NCBI GenBank assembly: GCA_003218945.1
Contig: QHPE01000150.1
Coordinates: forward strand, 665 to 64,664
From: Verrucomicrobiota bacterium
GTDB taxonomy: Bacteria > Verrucomicrobiota > Verrucomicrobiia > Chthoniobacterales > UBA10450
Reading direction: 5' to 3'
DNA: 64,000 nucleotides
Position numbers and translations under genes: made by a program. This document shows, one piece after another, positions 26,659 to 36,214 of this stretch; the stretch's first letter is position 1, and each line of letters begins with the position of its first letter. The notes under the pieces were generated by a model that saw only the letters and a program-made list of their open reading frames with translations, had not been told where the DNA came from and did no database searches.

Positions 26659-28062
26659 TCATAACTGTTCGCGCAACCGGGTTAGCAGCTTTTCGTGGAT
26701 ATTGTCGAACCCGCCGTTGCTAAACACTACCACCACATCTTTGGACCGCAGCATGGGAACAATTCGATCCACAATCGCCTCGGCGTTTTGCTCGTAAAAC
26801 GCAGGCCGGCCAGCCTTCGCGATCGCCGCCACGACGCGCTCGGGGTTTAGACGCTGGTCCTTCGGGATCTGTGCCAATCGCGCTACCTGTGAGATGAAGA
26901 CGCCATCAGCGATCTTGAGCGCTTCCGGGAGCTGCTGTTGAAACACCGCGCGCCGGGTCGTATTCGAGCGGGGCTCGAACACGGCCCACAGTCGCTTTCC
27001 GCGGAAGCGATGACGCAGGGCCTGCAATGTGCTCGCGATGGCGGTGGGATGGTGACCGAAATCGTCAATCACCTTGATGCCGCGAGCTTCGCCGCGAAGC
27101 TCCTGCCGGCGCGCGATGCCGGAGAAGCTCTTGAATGCACTGGCGATCTTCGTTGTGGGCACATCATAAAACCGCGCGGCCGTCGCTGCCATTGCGGCGT
27201 TATGAACGTTGAATTCGCCAACAAGCGGAATTTCGAAAACGTCGTCCCCGAGTTTGAACCGTGAAACGCCGGATGAATACGCCACGTCCCTGATCCGTTG
27301 CGCGCAGTTTTTCGAAAATCCGACCTCAACCATCTGCGCAAGGCAATCTTTGGCGACTTCGACGGCGTTGGGATCGTCGCCATTGACCACGACCATGCCA
27401 TTTTGAGGAACGATGTTGAGCAAACGCCGAAAGCTGAGCTTGATCTCCTCGAGATTGCTGAAGATGTCGGCGTGATCGAACTCGATGTTGTTCACGATCA
27501 CTAATTCCGGCAAGTAATGAACGAATTTGGACCGCTTGTCGAAAAACGCGGTGTCGTACTCGTCGCCTTCGATGACAAAATATTTCGAATCGTTCAAGCG
27601 CGCGCCTTCGCCGAAATTTTTCGGAATGCCACCGATCAAGTAACCGGGCTTGCGTCCGGCCTTGTCCATGATCCACGCGAGCAACGCCGTCGTCGTCGTC
27701 TTTCCGTGCGTACCGGTGACGACGAGATTGTGACGTCCGCGCAAGAAATGATTCTTCAGCACCTCTGGCAAGGATAAGTAAAGCAGCTTGCGGTTCAGCA
27801 CGGCTTCTACTTCTGGGTTGCCACGCGTCATCGCGTTGCCAATCACCACGACGTCCGCATCGGCTGGGATGTTCTCCGCGCGGTACCCTTCCATGATTGC
27901 GATTCTCTTTCCCTCAAGAAAGCTCGACATCGGTGGGTAAACATTTTCATCCGACCCCGTCACTTTGAAGCCGCGCTCCTTCAGCGCGACAGCCACCGCG
28001 CCCATCGCGGTTCCGCAGATTCCGAGAAAATGAAATTTCTTGGGCGCGTCTTTCACGCGCAT
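26659..28062 (-). CDS. mpl: UDP-N-acetylmuramate:L-alanyl-gamma-D-glutamyl-meso-DAP ligase (murein peptide ligase Mpl)
   Basis: Motifs include FLGICGTAMGAVA, the Mpl-typical GSDENVYPPMS, and the Mur ligase P-loop GTHGKTTTT. A Mur ligase C-terminal domain is present. Confidence 0.88.
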   Translation of the reverse strand: MRVKDAPKKFHFLGICGTAMGAVAVALKERGFKVTGSDENVYPPMSSFLEGKRIAIMEGYRAENIPADADVVVIGNAMTRGNPEVEAVLNRKLLYLSLPEVLKNHFLRGRHNLVVTGTHGKTTTTALLAWIMDKAGRKPGYLIGGIPKNFGEGARLNDSKYFVIEGDEYDTAFFDKRSKFVHYLPELVIVNNIEFDHADIFSNLEEIKLSFRRLLNIVPQNGMVVVNGDDPNAVEVAKDCLAQMVEVGFSKNCAQRIRDVAYSSGVSRFKLGDDVFEIPLVGEFNVHNAAMAATAARFYDVPTTKIASAFKSFSGIARRQELRGEARGIKVIDDFGHHPTAIASTLQALRHRFRGKRLWAVFEPRSNTTRRAVFQQQLPEALKIADGVFISQVARLAQIPKDQRLNPERVVAAIAKAGRPAFYEQNAEAIVDRIVPMLRSKDVVVVFSNGGFDNIHEKLLTRLREQL

Positions 28063-28127
28063 TCTTTACGCTGAGCGCACAGAAAAGAAAACTATGGATT
28101 GCGCGGATTCCGCCGATAAAATGAAAA

Positions 28128-30236
28128 TCACTTTTTCTTGAAGACTTCGACGGCGTTCCAGGCTTCGTCGGGCGGGTGTTGTTCGTATTCGAGTGCGTGA
28201 TCGAGATACATCTTGGCCAGTAGATCGTCAGGATAAAATTCCAGGAAACGCGAAAAGAGAATTTTCGCGTTCGTGAAATCGCGTGTGCGAAATTTCTCCA
28301 GGGCCTCTTCGTACGTCTCCAGCCATTTCAAAGATTCCGGATCAGTCTCTTCGCCTCGGGCACAGACAAGGGTGAAAACGTCCACCGGTTTCGTTTTGCC
28401 TTTCACCTGCACACGCGCAACCGAACGCAGATGAACTTCGTCACGAATCAACTCAGCAGTCGACGCGCCGACCAGAATATCGACGCCGTACGTTCGCGTC
28501 AGGCCTTCCAGTCGCGAAGCAAGGTTCACTGCATCGCCAATGACCGTAGGGTCCATTCGCTCATGCGAGCCGATGTTGCCGACGATCACCTCACCGTGAT
28601 TGACGCCGACGCCCATGCCCAATCCCATCCGGCCTTGCTCTCGCCAGCCTTTGTTAAGCTGGCTCAGCTCGCGGCGCATCCCCAAGGCCGCGTGCACGCA
28701 GCTCTTCGCATCCTGCGCCGTGCCGAGACTGCGCACGTTGCCCCACACCGCCATGATCGCGTCGCCGATGAATTTGTCGAGCGTTCCGCCATTGCTGAAA
28801 ATGACGGAAGTCATGCGTGAGAGATACTCATTGAGCTGCGTGACCAACACTTCGGGATCAGCTTTCTCCGACAGCGTTGTGAAACCAATCAAATCTGCGA
28901 ACAGGATTGTCACCGGCACGCGGACACCACGAAGCGAGCTGTAGTAGCTGTCCGGGTTTTCGAGAACTTCCTTTACCAGATTTTTCGAGACGTAGCGTTC
29001 TAGTGTCCGCCGCGTGCGCAATTTCTCGAGCCGCTCGAGGAAGTACTCGAATCCGAGCGAAAATGATTCGCTGAGGACGAGCGCAGACAGCACCGGAACG
29101 GTGAGCAGCAGCAGCCCTGCATTGTCGTACACCAATCGCGCCGTTACAAGGTAACCGACCGTAATTCCCGCAAGCCCGCCCAGACAAAGGACCGGTAAAC
29201 GCACGAACGCCACGAGCAACCACGCGACAAGCCCAGCTGCGCAAACGAGCAGCAAGCCGATTGTCGGCGGCGTAGGTCGCAAAAACTCGTGGCCGAGTGC
29301 GGCAGCCATCGCCTGGAAATGCATTGTCGGGCCCAGCGTGTTAGGGCTCATCGGGGTATCAACGATGTCGTGCAACACCTGCGCGGAGGGCGCGACCATT
29401 ACGATCTTGTCCTTGAAAAACGCGCCATCGCCGTAATTCGCATGCCAAAGTTTTGGATCAAAGACTTCGTAGAGCGGGCGCGGCTCGAATGCATCCGGTG
29501 CGGTGAACCGAATCATGTGACCGTGAAAATCATGCGGCACGTCATTCGCGTGACCGGTCTTCTCGAGAGCGCGGGCGGACAGGGACTCGTAAATTTCTTC
29601 ACCTTGTCCCGGCGGTGACCCGGCGAGTTGCCGATCAGTCACCGTATACGTCACAGCTCGAGTTTTTCCGTCGATTGCATCGGGCCAGAAATTCACATAA
29701 CCAACCCGATCATCCCGCGATTGCGGCGGCGGAATCAGTACGTTATTTGGCGTAATCATCTGCACGCGGTTTTCTCCGAAGTCGAAATTCGCGCTGACGA
29801 CTACTTTGTCCCGGTAACGATCGAGCGCGGCGTGAAATGCCGGGTCTCCGTCGTTAGGCGGATTGAAAAGCAAATCAATCATCACAAGGCGTGCGCCCGC
29901 CGCAAAGAGCTTGTCGAGCAAAAGCGCCCAGACTTCGCGCGACCACGGGAATGGCCGCTCGGTCATGAGTTGAAGCGCCTGGTTACCCGCCAATTCTTCC
30001 GGGGTAAACGGCGGTAACTCTAAGGTGCTTTGGTCAATTCCGAGGAAAACGAAATCTCGCGGTGGCATCGTTTTGCGGCCCTCGCGCCGAAGCAGATCTT
30101 CAAAGCTCTGCTCAGCACGCCACGGCGCCGAAATAAAGGGGGCACTTGGGAAAAAATACCCAAAAAAGATCAGACCGGTCCAAAAAAGACAAATCAGCGT
30201 AAGCACCAACAACCGTGCTCGGCCAGACCAATGCAT
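28128..30236 (-). CDS. CHASE2 sensor domain / class III adenylate-guanylate cyclase
   Basis: It has an N-terminal transmembrane helix, a periplasmic CHASE2-like region and three transmembrane helices. The cyclase domain includes VTILFADLIGFTTLSE, KFIGDAIMAVWGN and GVNHGEVIVGNIGS. A TPR-like tail follows. The ATG at 30236 is preferred. Confidence 0.85.
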   Translation of the reverse strand: MHWSGRARLLVLTLICLFWTGLIFFGYFFPSAPFISAPWRAEQSFEDLLRREGRKTMPPRDFVFLGIDQSTLELPPFTPEELAGNQALQLMTERPFPWSREVWALLLDKLFAAGARLVMIDLLFNPPNDGDPAFHAALDRYRDKVVVSANFDFGENRVQMITPNNVLIPPPQSRDDRVGYVNFWPDAIDGKTRAVTYTVTDRQLAGSPPGQGEEIYESLSARALEKTGHANDVPHDFHGHMIRFTAPDAFEPRPLYEVFDPKLWHANYGDGAFFKDKIVMVAPSAQVLHDIVDTPMSPNTLGPTMHFQAMAAALGHEFLRPTPPTIGLLLVCAAGLVAWLLVAFVRLPVLCLGGLAGITVGYLVTARLVYDNAGLLLLTVPVLSALVLSESFSLGFEYFLERLEKLRTRRTLERYVSKNLVKEVLENPDSYYSSLRGVRVPVTILFADLIGFTTLSEKADPEVLVTQLNEYLSRMTSVIFSNGGTLDKFIGDAIMAVWGNVRSLGTAQDAKSCVHAALGMRRELSQLNKGWREQGRMGLGMGVGVNHGEVIVGNIGSHERMDPTVIGDAVNLASRLEGLTRTYGVDILVGASTAELIRDEVHLRSVARVQVKGKTKPVDVFTLVCARGEETDPESLKWLETYEEALEKFRTRDFTNAKILFSRFLEFYPDDLLAKMYLDHALEYEQHPPDEAWNAVEVFKKK

Positions 30237-30607
30237 GCGCCGATTATACCAAAACAATGTCAAATGACATGCGCGTAGTGAGACGCGAGAAGCAGAGATA
30301 TCAAATTTGCTTCTCACTGCTCACGAACGTTTGTCATTCCTCACTCGCGCACCGTCATCGGAAAATGCGGTTGTCATTTTATGCTCAGCAGTTACTTTCC
30401 GGCTCGCGATCTCTCCGCCTGCCTAGCTACTTCAACTAATTCGAAGGGCACAGGAGAAGGCGAGCGTCGACAACGTTCGATTATCTGAAGAAGCACGTGA
30501 GTTGGTCAGAAGTAGCTGGGTGAATCAGTGAGCGAGGTTGGAAAGATCGATAACAAAACAACAGCTCGCTGAACGAGGAGCCCGGAACGATTCCCGGGCA
30601 AACAAGC

Positions 30608-30985
30608 ATGGCAAGAGCTACAAATGCTCCGGCAAGCCGCGCGCGCCGGAAACGAGTGCTGAAAAAAGCGAAGGGTTACCGCGGTCGCCGGTCAAAACTT
30701 TTCCGTTACGCAAAGGACGCCGTGATGAAGGCGCAGTATTGGGCGTATCGCGATCGCAAAACCCGCAAGCGTACCTTCCGTTACCTTTGGATCCAACGTC
30801 TCAACGCTGCCGCACGCGCGAACGGCATGACTTACAGCCGCTTGGCCGAAGGGCTCAAAGCTGCGGGTGTCGGCTTGGACCGCAAAATTCTCGCCGATCT
30901 AGCCGTCACCGACGAAGCGGCGTTCAAATCGATCGTTGAGCAGGCACGTGCCGCGCTGGAGAAGAAAAACAAAAAGGCGGCGTGA
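30608..30985 (+). CDS. rplT: 50S ribosomal protein L20
   Basis: The product reads MARATNAPASRARRKRVLKKAKGYRGRRSKLFRYAKDAVMKAQYWAYRDRKTRKRTFRYLWIQRLNAAAR. Confidence 0.97.
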   Translation: MARATNAPASRARRKRVLKKAKGYRGRRSKLFRYAKDAVMKAQYWAYRDRKTRKRTFRYLWIQRLNAAARANGMTYSRLAEGLKAAGVGLDRKILADLAVTDEAAFKSIVEQARAALEKKNKKAA

Positions 30986-31016
30986 TTGGTGATTGGTGAA
31001 CCGTGAGTCGATTTGC
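30982..31016. repeat. Five consecutive heptamers (GTGATTG GTGATTG GTGAACC GTGAGTC GATTTGC) in the rplT-pheS spacer
   Basis: Read directly from the sequence. It is followed at 31030-31045 by TAACGATT x2. Confidence 0.7.
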
Positions 31017-31055
31017 CGGTCTGGCGATGTAACGATTTAACGATTCACGAAATCT

Positions 31056-32069
31056 ATGCACTCGCTCGAACAACTCCGCAACGACGCGTTGCGCGAGATT
31101 GAATCTGCGCGCGACGAGAAATCGCTGGAGGCAGTGCGCGTAAAATATCTCGGGAAGAACGGCAGCATTTCCGCCTGGGGCGAACGAATGAAGACCCTCG
31201 CCAAAGACGAACGCCCGGTGGTAGGTAAGTTGCTCAGCGACGCGCGCAACACCGTTACCGCAGCGATCGAACAACGCGGTGCAAAAATCCGCGCTGAAGA
31301 AGAATTCGACGCGCTTGCAAAGATCGATATCTCATTACCAGGAACGCCGCATGAGATTGGTTCGCTGCATCCGCTTCATCAAATGCATGACCGTGCAATT
31401 CAGATTTTTCGACGGATGGGCTTCGCTCTTGCGGAAGGTCCCGATATCGAAACCGAGTGGTATTGTTTCGATGCTCTAAATACGCCGGCCGATCATCCCG
31501 CCCGCAACGAACAGGACACGTTTTACCTCCCCGACGGACGACTTTTACGAACGCATACGTCAACGGTGCAAATCCGTACGATGGAATCCGCGCCTCCGCC
31601 TATCCGCGTGATTGCCTCAGGCGCAGCGTATCGGCGCGATGAACTCGACGCGACGCACAGCCCGCAGTTTCATCAAATCGAAGGCCTATACGTCGATAAA
31701 AACGTCAGCGTCGCGGATTTAAAAGGCGAGCTCGAATTTTTCATGCGGGAACTTTTTGGTGCCGAGACTGAAGTGCAATTTCGTCCGCATTACTTTCCGT
31801 TTACCGAGCCAAGTCTGGAGATCCACGTGCGATCAAAAGCCCTGAAGAGCGGCGAACAATGGATCGAAGTGGCGGGTTGCGGCATTGTGCATCCTGCCGT
31901 TTTTGAAGCTGTCAATCAAGCGCGCGGCGATGACGCTTACGATCCGGAAAAATGGAGTGGCTACGCGTTTGGGCTCGGCATGGATCGGCTGGCAATGATT
32001 CTGTTCGAAATTCCTGATATCCGTTTGTTCTCGCAAAACGATCTGCGGTTTCTCCGCCAGTTCGCATGA
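31056..32069 (+). CDS. pheS: Phenylalanine--tRNA ligase alpha subunit
   Basis: Class II aaRS motifs are present: FHQIEGLYVD and EVAGCGIVHPAVF. An N-terminal coiled coil is also present. Confidence 0.97.
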   Translation: MHSLEQLRNDALREIESARDEKSLEAVRVKYLGKNGSISAWGERMKTLAKDERPVVGKLLSDARNTVTAAIEQRGAKIRAEEEFDALAKIDISLPGTPHEIGSLHPLHQMHDRAIQIFRRMGFALAEGPDIETEWYCFDALNTPADHPARNEQDTFYLPDGRLLRTHTSTVQIRTMESAPPPIRVIASGAAYRRDELDATHSPQFHQIEGLYVDKNVSVADLKGELEFFMRELFGAETEVQFRPHYFPFTEPSLEIHVRSKALKSGEQWIEVAGCGIVHPAVFEAVNQARGDDAYDPEKWSGYAFGLGMDRLAMILFEIPDIRLFSQNDLRFLRQFA

Positions 32070-34405
32070 AATTCTCGATTAACTGGTTGCGCGAATTTAT
32101 CGATCTTCCAAAGGATCCGGAGGAGATCGCTGAATTGCTGACTCGCGCCGGCATTGAAACTAAAAGGATCGAAACGCGCGGCGCGAACATCGAAAAGGTG
32201 TTCGTTTCACAAATCACTGCGACGTCGCGCCATCCGAATGCAGATCGGCTCACCGTGTGCGAAGTGGACGATGGCAGTGGCACGAAACGCCAGATTGTCT
32301 GCGGCGCAACGAATTACAAAGTCGGCGACAAAGTTCCTCTTGCGCTTCCGGGCGCAAAGCTGCCCAACGGCACTGAGATTCGAAAAAGCAAACTGCGCGG
32401 CGTAGAATCGGAAGGGATGCTTTGTAGCCCGATCGAGCTAGACCTCGGAGAAGATGCGTCCGGTCTCTTAATTTTGTCGGCGGATGTGAAAGTCGGCGCA
32501 TCGATTGCTGACATTTTTCCCGCGGACACAATCCTCGACGTCGAGATCACGCCTAATCGCGGTGATCTGTTGAGCCATTTCGGTCTCGCCCGCGAAATCG
32601 CAGCTCTCTCAGGGCAACCGCTCCGGTTGCCGCCGGCAGGCCAAGCGCCGGCCCTACAAAAATCCAGTGTCAACTTAACGGCAAACCGCGAATGTCCATT
32701 CTTCTCATTACGCAGAATCGACAATGTAAATGTGGGTCCGAGCCCGGTATGGCTTCGTGCGAAGATCGAGAGCGTAGGCATTCGCTCCATTAACAATATC
32801 GTAGACATTTCGAACTTCGTGATGCTGGAGTTCGGCCAACCGACCCACGCATTCGACGCCGACAAACTAAAGGGCAACATCAATGTACGCCTCGCGCACG
32901 ATGGCGAGAAGTTTCTCGCGCTCGACGGAAAGACTTACTCGCTCAAGCCGGACAATTGTGTCGTCGCCGATCAGGATCGTGCTGTTGGCATTGGCGGCGT
33001 AATGGGCGGCGAGGAAACAGGCGTGACCGATTCGACCAAAAATATTCTGCTCGAGGCCGCGTATTTTCTGCCGGCAAGTATTCGCCGGACAGCGCGCGAT
33101 TTAAATCTACAAAGCGACGCCAGTTATCGATTCGAGCGCGGCGTGGACCCGGAGATGGTCCTGCGAGCGTCGCAGCGCGCGGCCGAATTGATGCGCGACA
33201 TCGCCGGCGGAATACCGGCAAACGAAATTCAGGTTGCCGGCGAACCTCCACTGAATCTGGCTGACGTTCCATTGAGCTACGACAAATGTGACCGCGTAAT
33301 CGGCGTCGCAATCTCCCCGAAAACTGTTGATGAAATACTCATGCGCTTCGGATTGCGCAAAACCGCGGGCAAGAGCGAGACTGCCACCTGGCGAATTCCG
33401 AGTTATCGACGTGATTTGCGGCGCGACGTTGATCTTATCGAAGAGGTGCTCCGCGCGTACGGCATAGACAAGATTCCGGGAAGGACGCGCGGCCGGTTTG
33501 TGTCCACGAGTGACGCCGATCGCTCCCACGATCTCGAAAGCCTTGTTCTGCGCGAGCGATTGACTACATGCGGTTTGTCGGAAGTGCGCACGTCAAAATT
33601 GATTTCGAGAACCGCCTCCGCTTTGAACGAAGCGGTCGAGCTGCGGAATCCGCTTAGCGAAGATCACGTCGCGCTTCGGCCGAGCTTGATCAGCGGTTTG
33701 CTCGAAGTGCTCGAACGAAATATTCGCGCCGGAGCAGAAAGCGTTTCCATTTTTGAAATCGGACGCGCATTCATCCCGCCATCAGGAAAAGAGGAACGGC
33801 ATATCGGGATTCTGCTCTGGGGAAATGTCGCGACCACGCCGAATTGGCGATCGCAGACAAGACGCACCCTGGATTTGTTTGATCTTAAAGGAGCGCTCGA
33901 ATGCATTGTTCCGGATCTCTTGTTTCGGCCGGGAAGATTCGCGGAGCTGGCGCTCGCAGTCGAAGTTTGGTTCGGCCATCAGCTGCTAGGATTCGGTGGG
34001 CAACTCCTGGGGAGCAAATCGAGCGCGACCGGTCCGGTTTTTGTTGCCGAGCTGAATGCCGATCTCCTTCTGGCCGGAGTCGGATCAGCAAAAACCTTTC
34101 GAGAGCTCGATCGATATCCGGGCATCACCCGCGACATCGCGATGATCGTGCCCGAGAAATTGACGCACGCTGAGATTTTGCGTGTGATTCGACAACCCGC
34201 GGAGCCGTTGCTCGAGAAAGTGCAGTTGTTCGACCTGTTTGAAGTCAGGGACGGAGGGGCTGCGACTGGTCCCGGAAAATCACTCGCATATAGATTGACA
34301 TACCGCGCGAAAAATCGCACACTGACAAACGAGGAAGTAACTGAGGCGCACGCGAAGATTCGCGAGCGACTAAAGCGCGAATTGGGAGTGACGCCGCGGG
34401 AATAG
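32066..34405 (+). CDS. pheT: Phenylalanine--tRNA ligase beta subunit
   Basis: The N-terminal tRNA-binding OB domain reads HPNADRLTVCEVDDG...KLRGVESEGMLCS. B3/4, B5 and FDX-ACB domains follow. There is a 4-nt overlap with pheS. Confidence 0.97.
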   Translation: MKFSINWLREFIDLPKDPEEIAELLTRAGIETKRIETRGANIEKVFVSQITATSRHPNADRLTVCEVDDGSGTKRQIVCGATNYKVGDKVPLALPGAKLPNGTEIRKSKLRGVESEGMLCSPIELDLGEDASGLLILSADVKVGASIADIFPADTILDVEITPNRGDLLSHFGLAREIAALSGQPLRLPPAGQAPALQKSSVNLTANRECPFFSLRRIDNVNVGPSPVWLRAKIESVGIRSINNIVDISNFVMLEFGQPTHAFDADKLKGNINVRLAHDGEKFLALDGKTYSLKPDNCVVADQDRAVGIGGVMGGEETGVTDSTKNILLEAAYFLPASIRRTARDLNLQSDASYRFERGVDPEMVLRASQRAAELMRDIAGGIPANEIQVAGEPPLNLADVPLSYDKCDRVIGVAISPKTVDEILMRFGLRKTAGKSETATWRIPSYRRDLRRDVDLIEEVLRAYGIDKIPGRTRGRFVSTSDADRSHDLESLVLRERLTTCGLSEVRTSKLISRTASALNEAVELRNPLSEDHVALRPSLISGLLEVLERNIRAGAESVSIFEIGRAFIPPSGKEERHIGILLWGNVATTPNWRSQTRRTLDLFDLKGALECIVPDLLFRPGRFAELALAVEVWFGHQLLGFGGQLLGSKSSATGPVFVAELNADLLLAGVGSAKTFRELDRYPGITRDIAMIVPEKLTHAEILRVIRQPAEPLLEKVQLFDLFEVRDGGAATGPGKSLAYRLTYRAKNRTLTNEEVTEAHAKIRERLKRELGVTPRE

Positions 34406-34419
34406 TTCTTTGAGAGTAG

Positions 34420-34485
34420 AGAGCCGTTGGTTGAGGGTTGGGACGAAAACCAGTGCTTTTCTCTCAACTCTCGACCAACGGCTCT
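34420..34485 (+). repeat. Long inverted repeat / hairpin (21-bp stem) just after pheT
   Basis: AGAGCCGTTGGTTGAGGGTTG pairs with CAACTCTCGACCAACGGCTCT. As + strand RNA the pairing is complete, using two G-U pairs. The loop is 24 nt and there is no U tract. Confidence 0.75.
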
Positions 34486-34711
34486 TCAAGCGGTCCCGAA
34501 CTGGTCCTGATTTTGGGATCGAACATTTACCCTGCGATGTTCGAGATTACGAGGTGTGATTCCCGAACCGCTATTGAGAAAGCAAGGAGGCTGGGTTGCC
34601 CCGGAAGATGGCATGCCTTGATTGGAAGTCAGACACCGTGGCGACGGTCATCCACCCGTGACTGAAAGGGAACGGGTGATCCGCCTAAACGGCATCGGCG
34701 GGGTAACATTT

Positions 34712-34748
34712 AAAACCCGGATCGAAAATTCGATCCGGGTTTTGTTGT
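34712..34748 (+). terminator. Strong intrinsic terminator (14-bp perfect stem plus U tract) in the pheT-carA spacer
   Basis: The stem is AAAACCCGGATCGA-aaat-TCGATCCGGGTTTT, followed by GTTGT. The A tract and T tract make it potentially bidirectional. Confidence 0.8.
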
Positions 34749-34758
34749 ACATCAGCAG

Positions 34759-34849
34759 TCATCCTGAGCGGAGCGCAGCGAAGTCGAAGGATCCCGAGTC
34801 GTTGCCGCAGCGTACTGCCACGGGATTCCTTGGCTTCGCTCGGGATGAC
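34759..34849. repeat. Palindromic ~90-nt intergenic repeat, copy A (GTCATCCTGAGCGGAGCGCAGCGAAG ... CTTCGCTCGGGATGAC)
   Basis: The first 25 nt are identical to copy B at 36638. The terminal arms are inverted repeats. Confidence 0.8.
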
Positions 34850-34912
34850 AATGCGATTAACGTCACGGACGAATTTGAAAATTCATGCATACCATTGATA
34901 CTGCGCAGTGAC

Positions 34913-36058
34913 GTGCGCACACTCATAGCCCTCGAAGACGGCCGATATTTCGAGGGTGAATCCTTTGGCGCAACTGGGACATGCGTCGGGGAGATTTGCT
35001 TCAACACGTCGATGACCGGTTATCAGGAAGTGCTGACCGATCCATCCTACCGCGGGCAGATTGTGGCAATGACATACCCGTTGATCGGAAATTACGGGAT
35101 CAACTCGCTGGATCAGGAAAGCCGCTCCCCGCATGTGCGCGGTTTTGTTATTGAAGAACTGACCGAAGTACCAAGCAATTGGCGCTCCGAGATATCGCTC
35201 GATGAATACTTGCGCAATTGGAACATCCCCGGCGCGAAAGGAATCGACACGCGCGCGCTCACGCGGCATTTGCGCACCCGTGGCGCCATGAAGGCGTGCC
35301 TCACGACCGAAGAGATTTCGGCCGACGAAGCGACGCGAATGGCTGTGAAAGGCGAGGGTGTGATCGGGATGGATTACGTCCGCGAGGTCTCAACAAAGGA
35401 GATTTATCGCTGGGATCCGGACGACAAACTCAGCGCGCCATGGTCGATCCAAAAACCACCAGACGGCGAAGGCACACGAGCCTTGCCACCGGTTCGCCTT
35501 AGGATTGCCGCGTACGACTACGGCATCAAGCGAAACATTCTGCGCCTGCTTCGACAAAAAGGATTTGAAGTCACTGTGGTGCCCGCCGCCACGTCCGCTA
35601 AGGAAGTACTGGCTCTCAATCCCGACGGAATTTTTCTTTCCAACGGGCCGGGTGATCCCGCCGCGCTCGATTACGCGCATAAAACGGTGCACGATTTAAT
35701 GGGCAAAAAACCAATCTTCGGAATCTGTCTCGGTCATCAAATCCTCGGGTTCGCGTTTGGAGGATCGACATTCAAATTGAAATTCGGACATCGCGGCGCA
35801 AATCAGCCGGTCAAAGATTTGCGTACCGGCAAAGTAGCAATCACTGCACAAAACCACGGGTTCGCGGTAGATGGAGAGTCGTTACCCCGAGATGTTGAAG
35901 TGACCCACATCAATTTGAATGACGGCACGGTCGAGGGAATGCGCCACAAGGAATTACCCATCTTCAGTGTGCAATATCATCCCGAAGCCGCCCCCGGGCC
36001 GCATGACGCCACATATTTTTTCGATCAGTTCGCCGACTTGATTGAAGAGCAGAAGTAA
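34913..36058 (+). CDS. carA: Carbamoyl-phosphate synthase small (glutamine amidotransferase) subunit
   Basis: With a GTG start at 34913 the product begins (M)[21 protein letters not shown]; TTG at 34895 is an alternative. The GATase triad includes GICLGHQ and VQYHPEA. The ORF-track start at 34622 runs through a terminator and a repeat copy. Confidence 0.92.
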   Translation: MRTLIALEDGRYFEGESFGATGTCVGEICFNTSMTGYQEVLTDPSYRGQIVAMTYPLIGNYGINSLDQESRSPHVRGFVIEELTEVPSNWRSEISLDEYLRNWNIPGAKGIDTRALTRHLRTRGAMKACLTTEEISADEATRMAVKGEGVIGMDYVREVSTKEIYRWDPDDKLSAPWSIQKPPDGEGTRALPPVRLRIAAYDYGIKRNILRLLRQKGFEVTVVPAATSAKEVLALNPDGIFLSNGPGDPAALDYAHKTVHDLMGKKPIFGICLGHQILGFAFGGSTFKLKFGHRGANQPVKDLRTGKVAITAQNHGFAVDGESLPRDVEVTHINLNDGTVEGMRHKELPIFSVQYHPEAAPGPHDATYFFDQFADLIEEQK

Positions 36059-36172
36059 TGACGAAGCGCGAATGACGGCGGATGAGCGATAAACCCTTCG
36101 TGAACCAACCTCTTGGGGCATCGTTATTTGATCATTCCTTCGTCATTAGGCATTCGTCATTCGTCATTTTTG
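36057..36172 (+). terminator. Long-range hairpin built from GTCATTC-type heptamers, followed by a T tract (candidate carA terminator)
   Basis: AATGACGAA and GAATGACG (36057-36078) pair with CGTCATTC and TTCGTCATT (36151-36168). TTTTTG follows. Confidence 0.45.
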
Positions 36173-36214
36173 CCGATGGGTTTGACCGACGCGCCAAGTA
36201 GCCCAGATTGATTT

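Noticed and set aside
34489-34572. A GGGATCGAAC / GTTCGA T-loop-like sequence hinting at a tRNA or tRNA-like element in the pheT-carA spacer
   Set aside because: I could not fold a cloverleaf on either strand: no acceptor or anticodon arms, and the would-be T-stem halves are not complementary.
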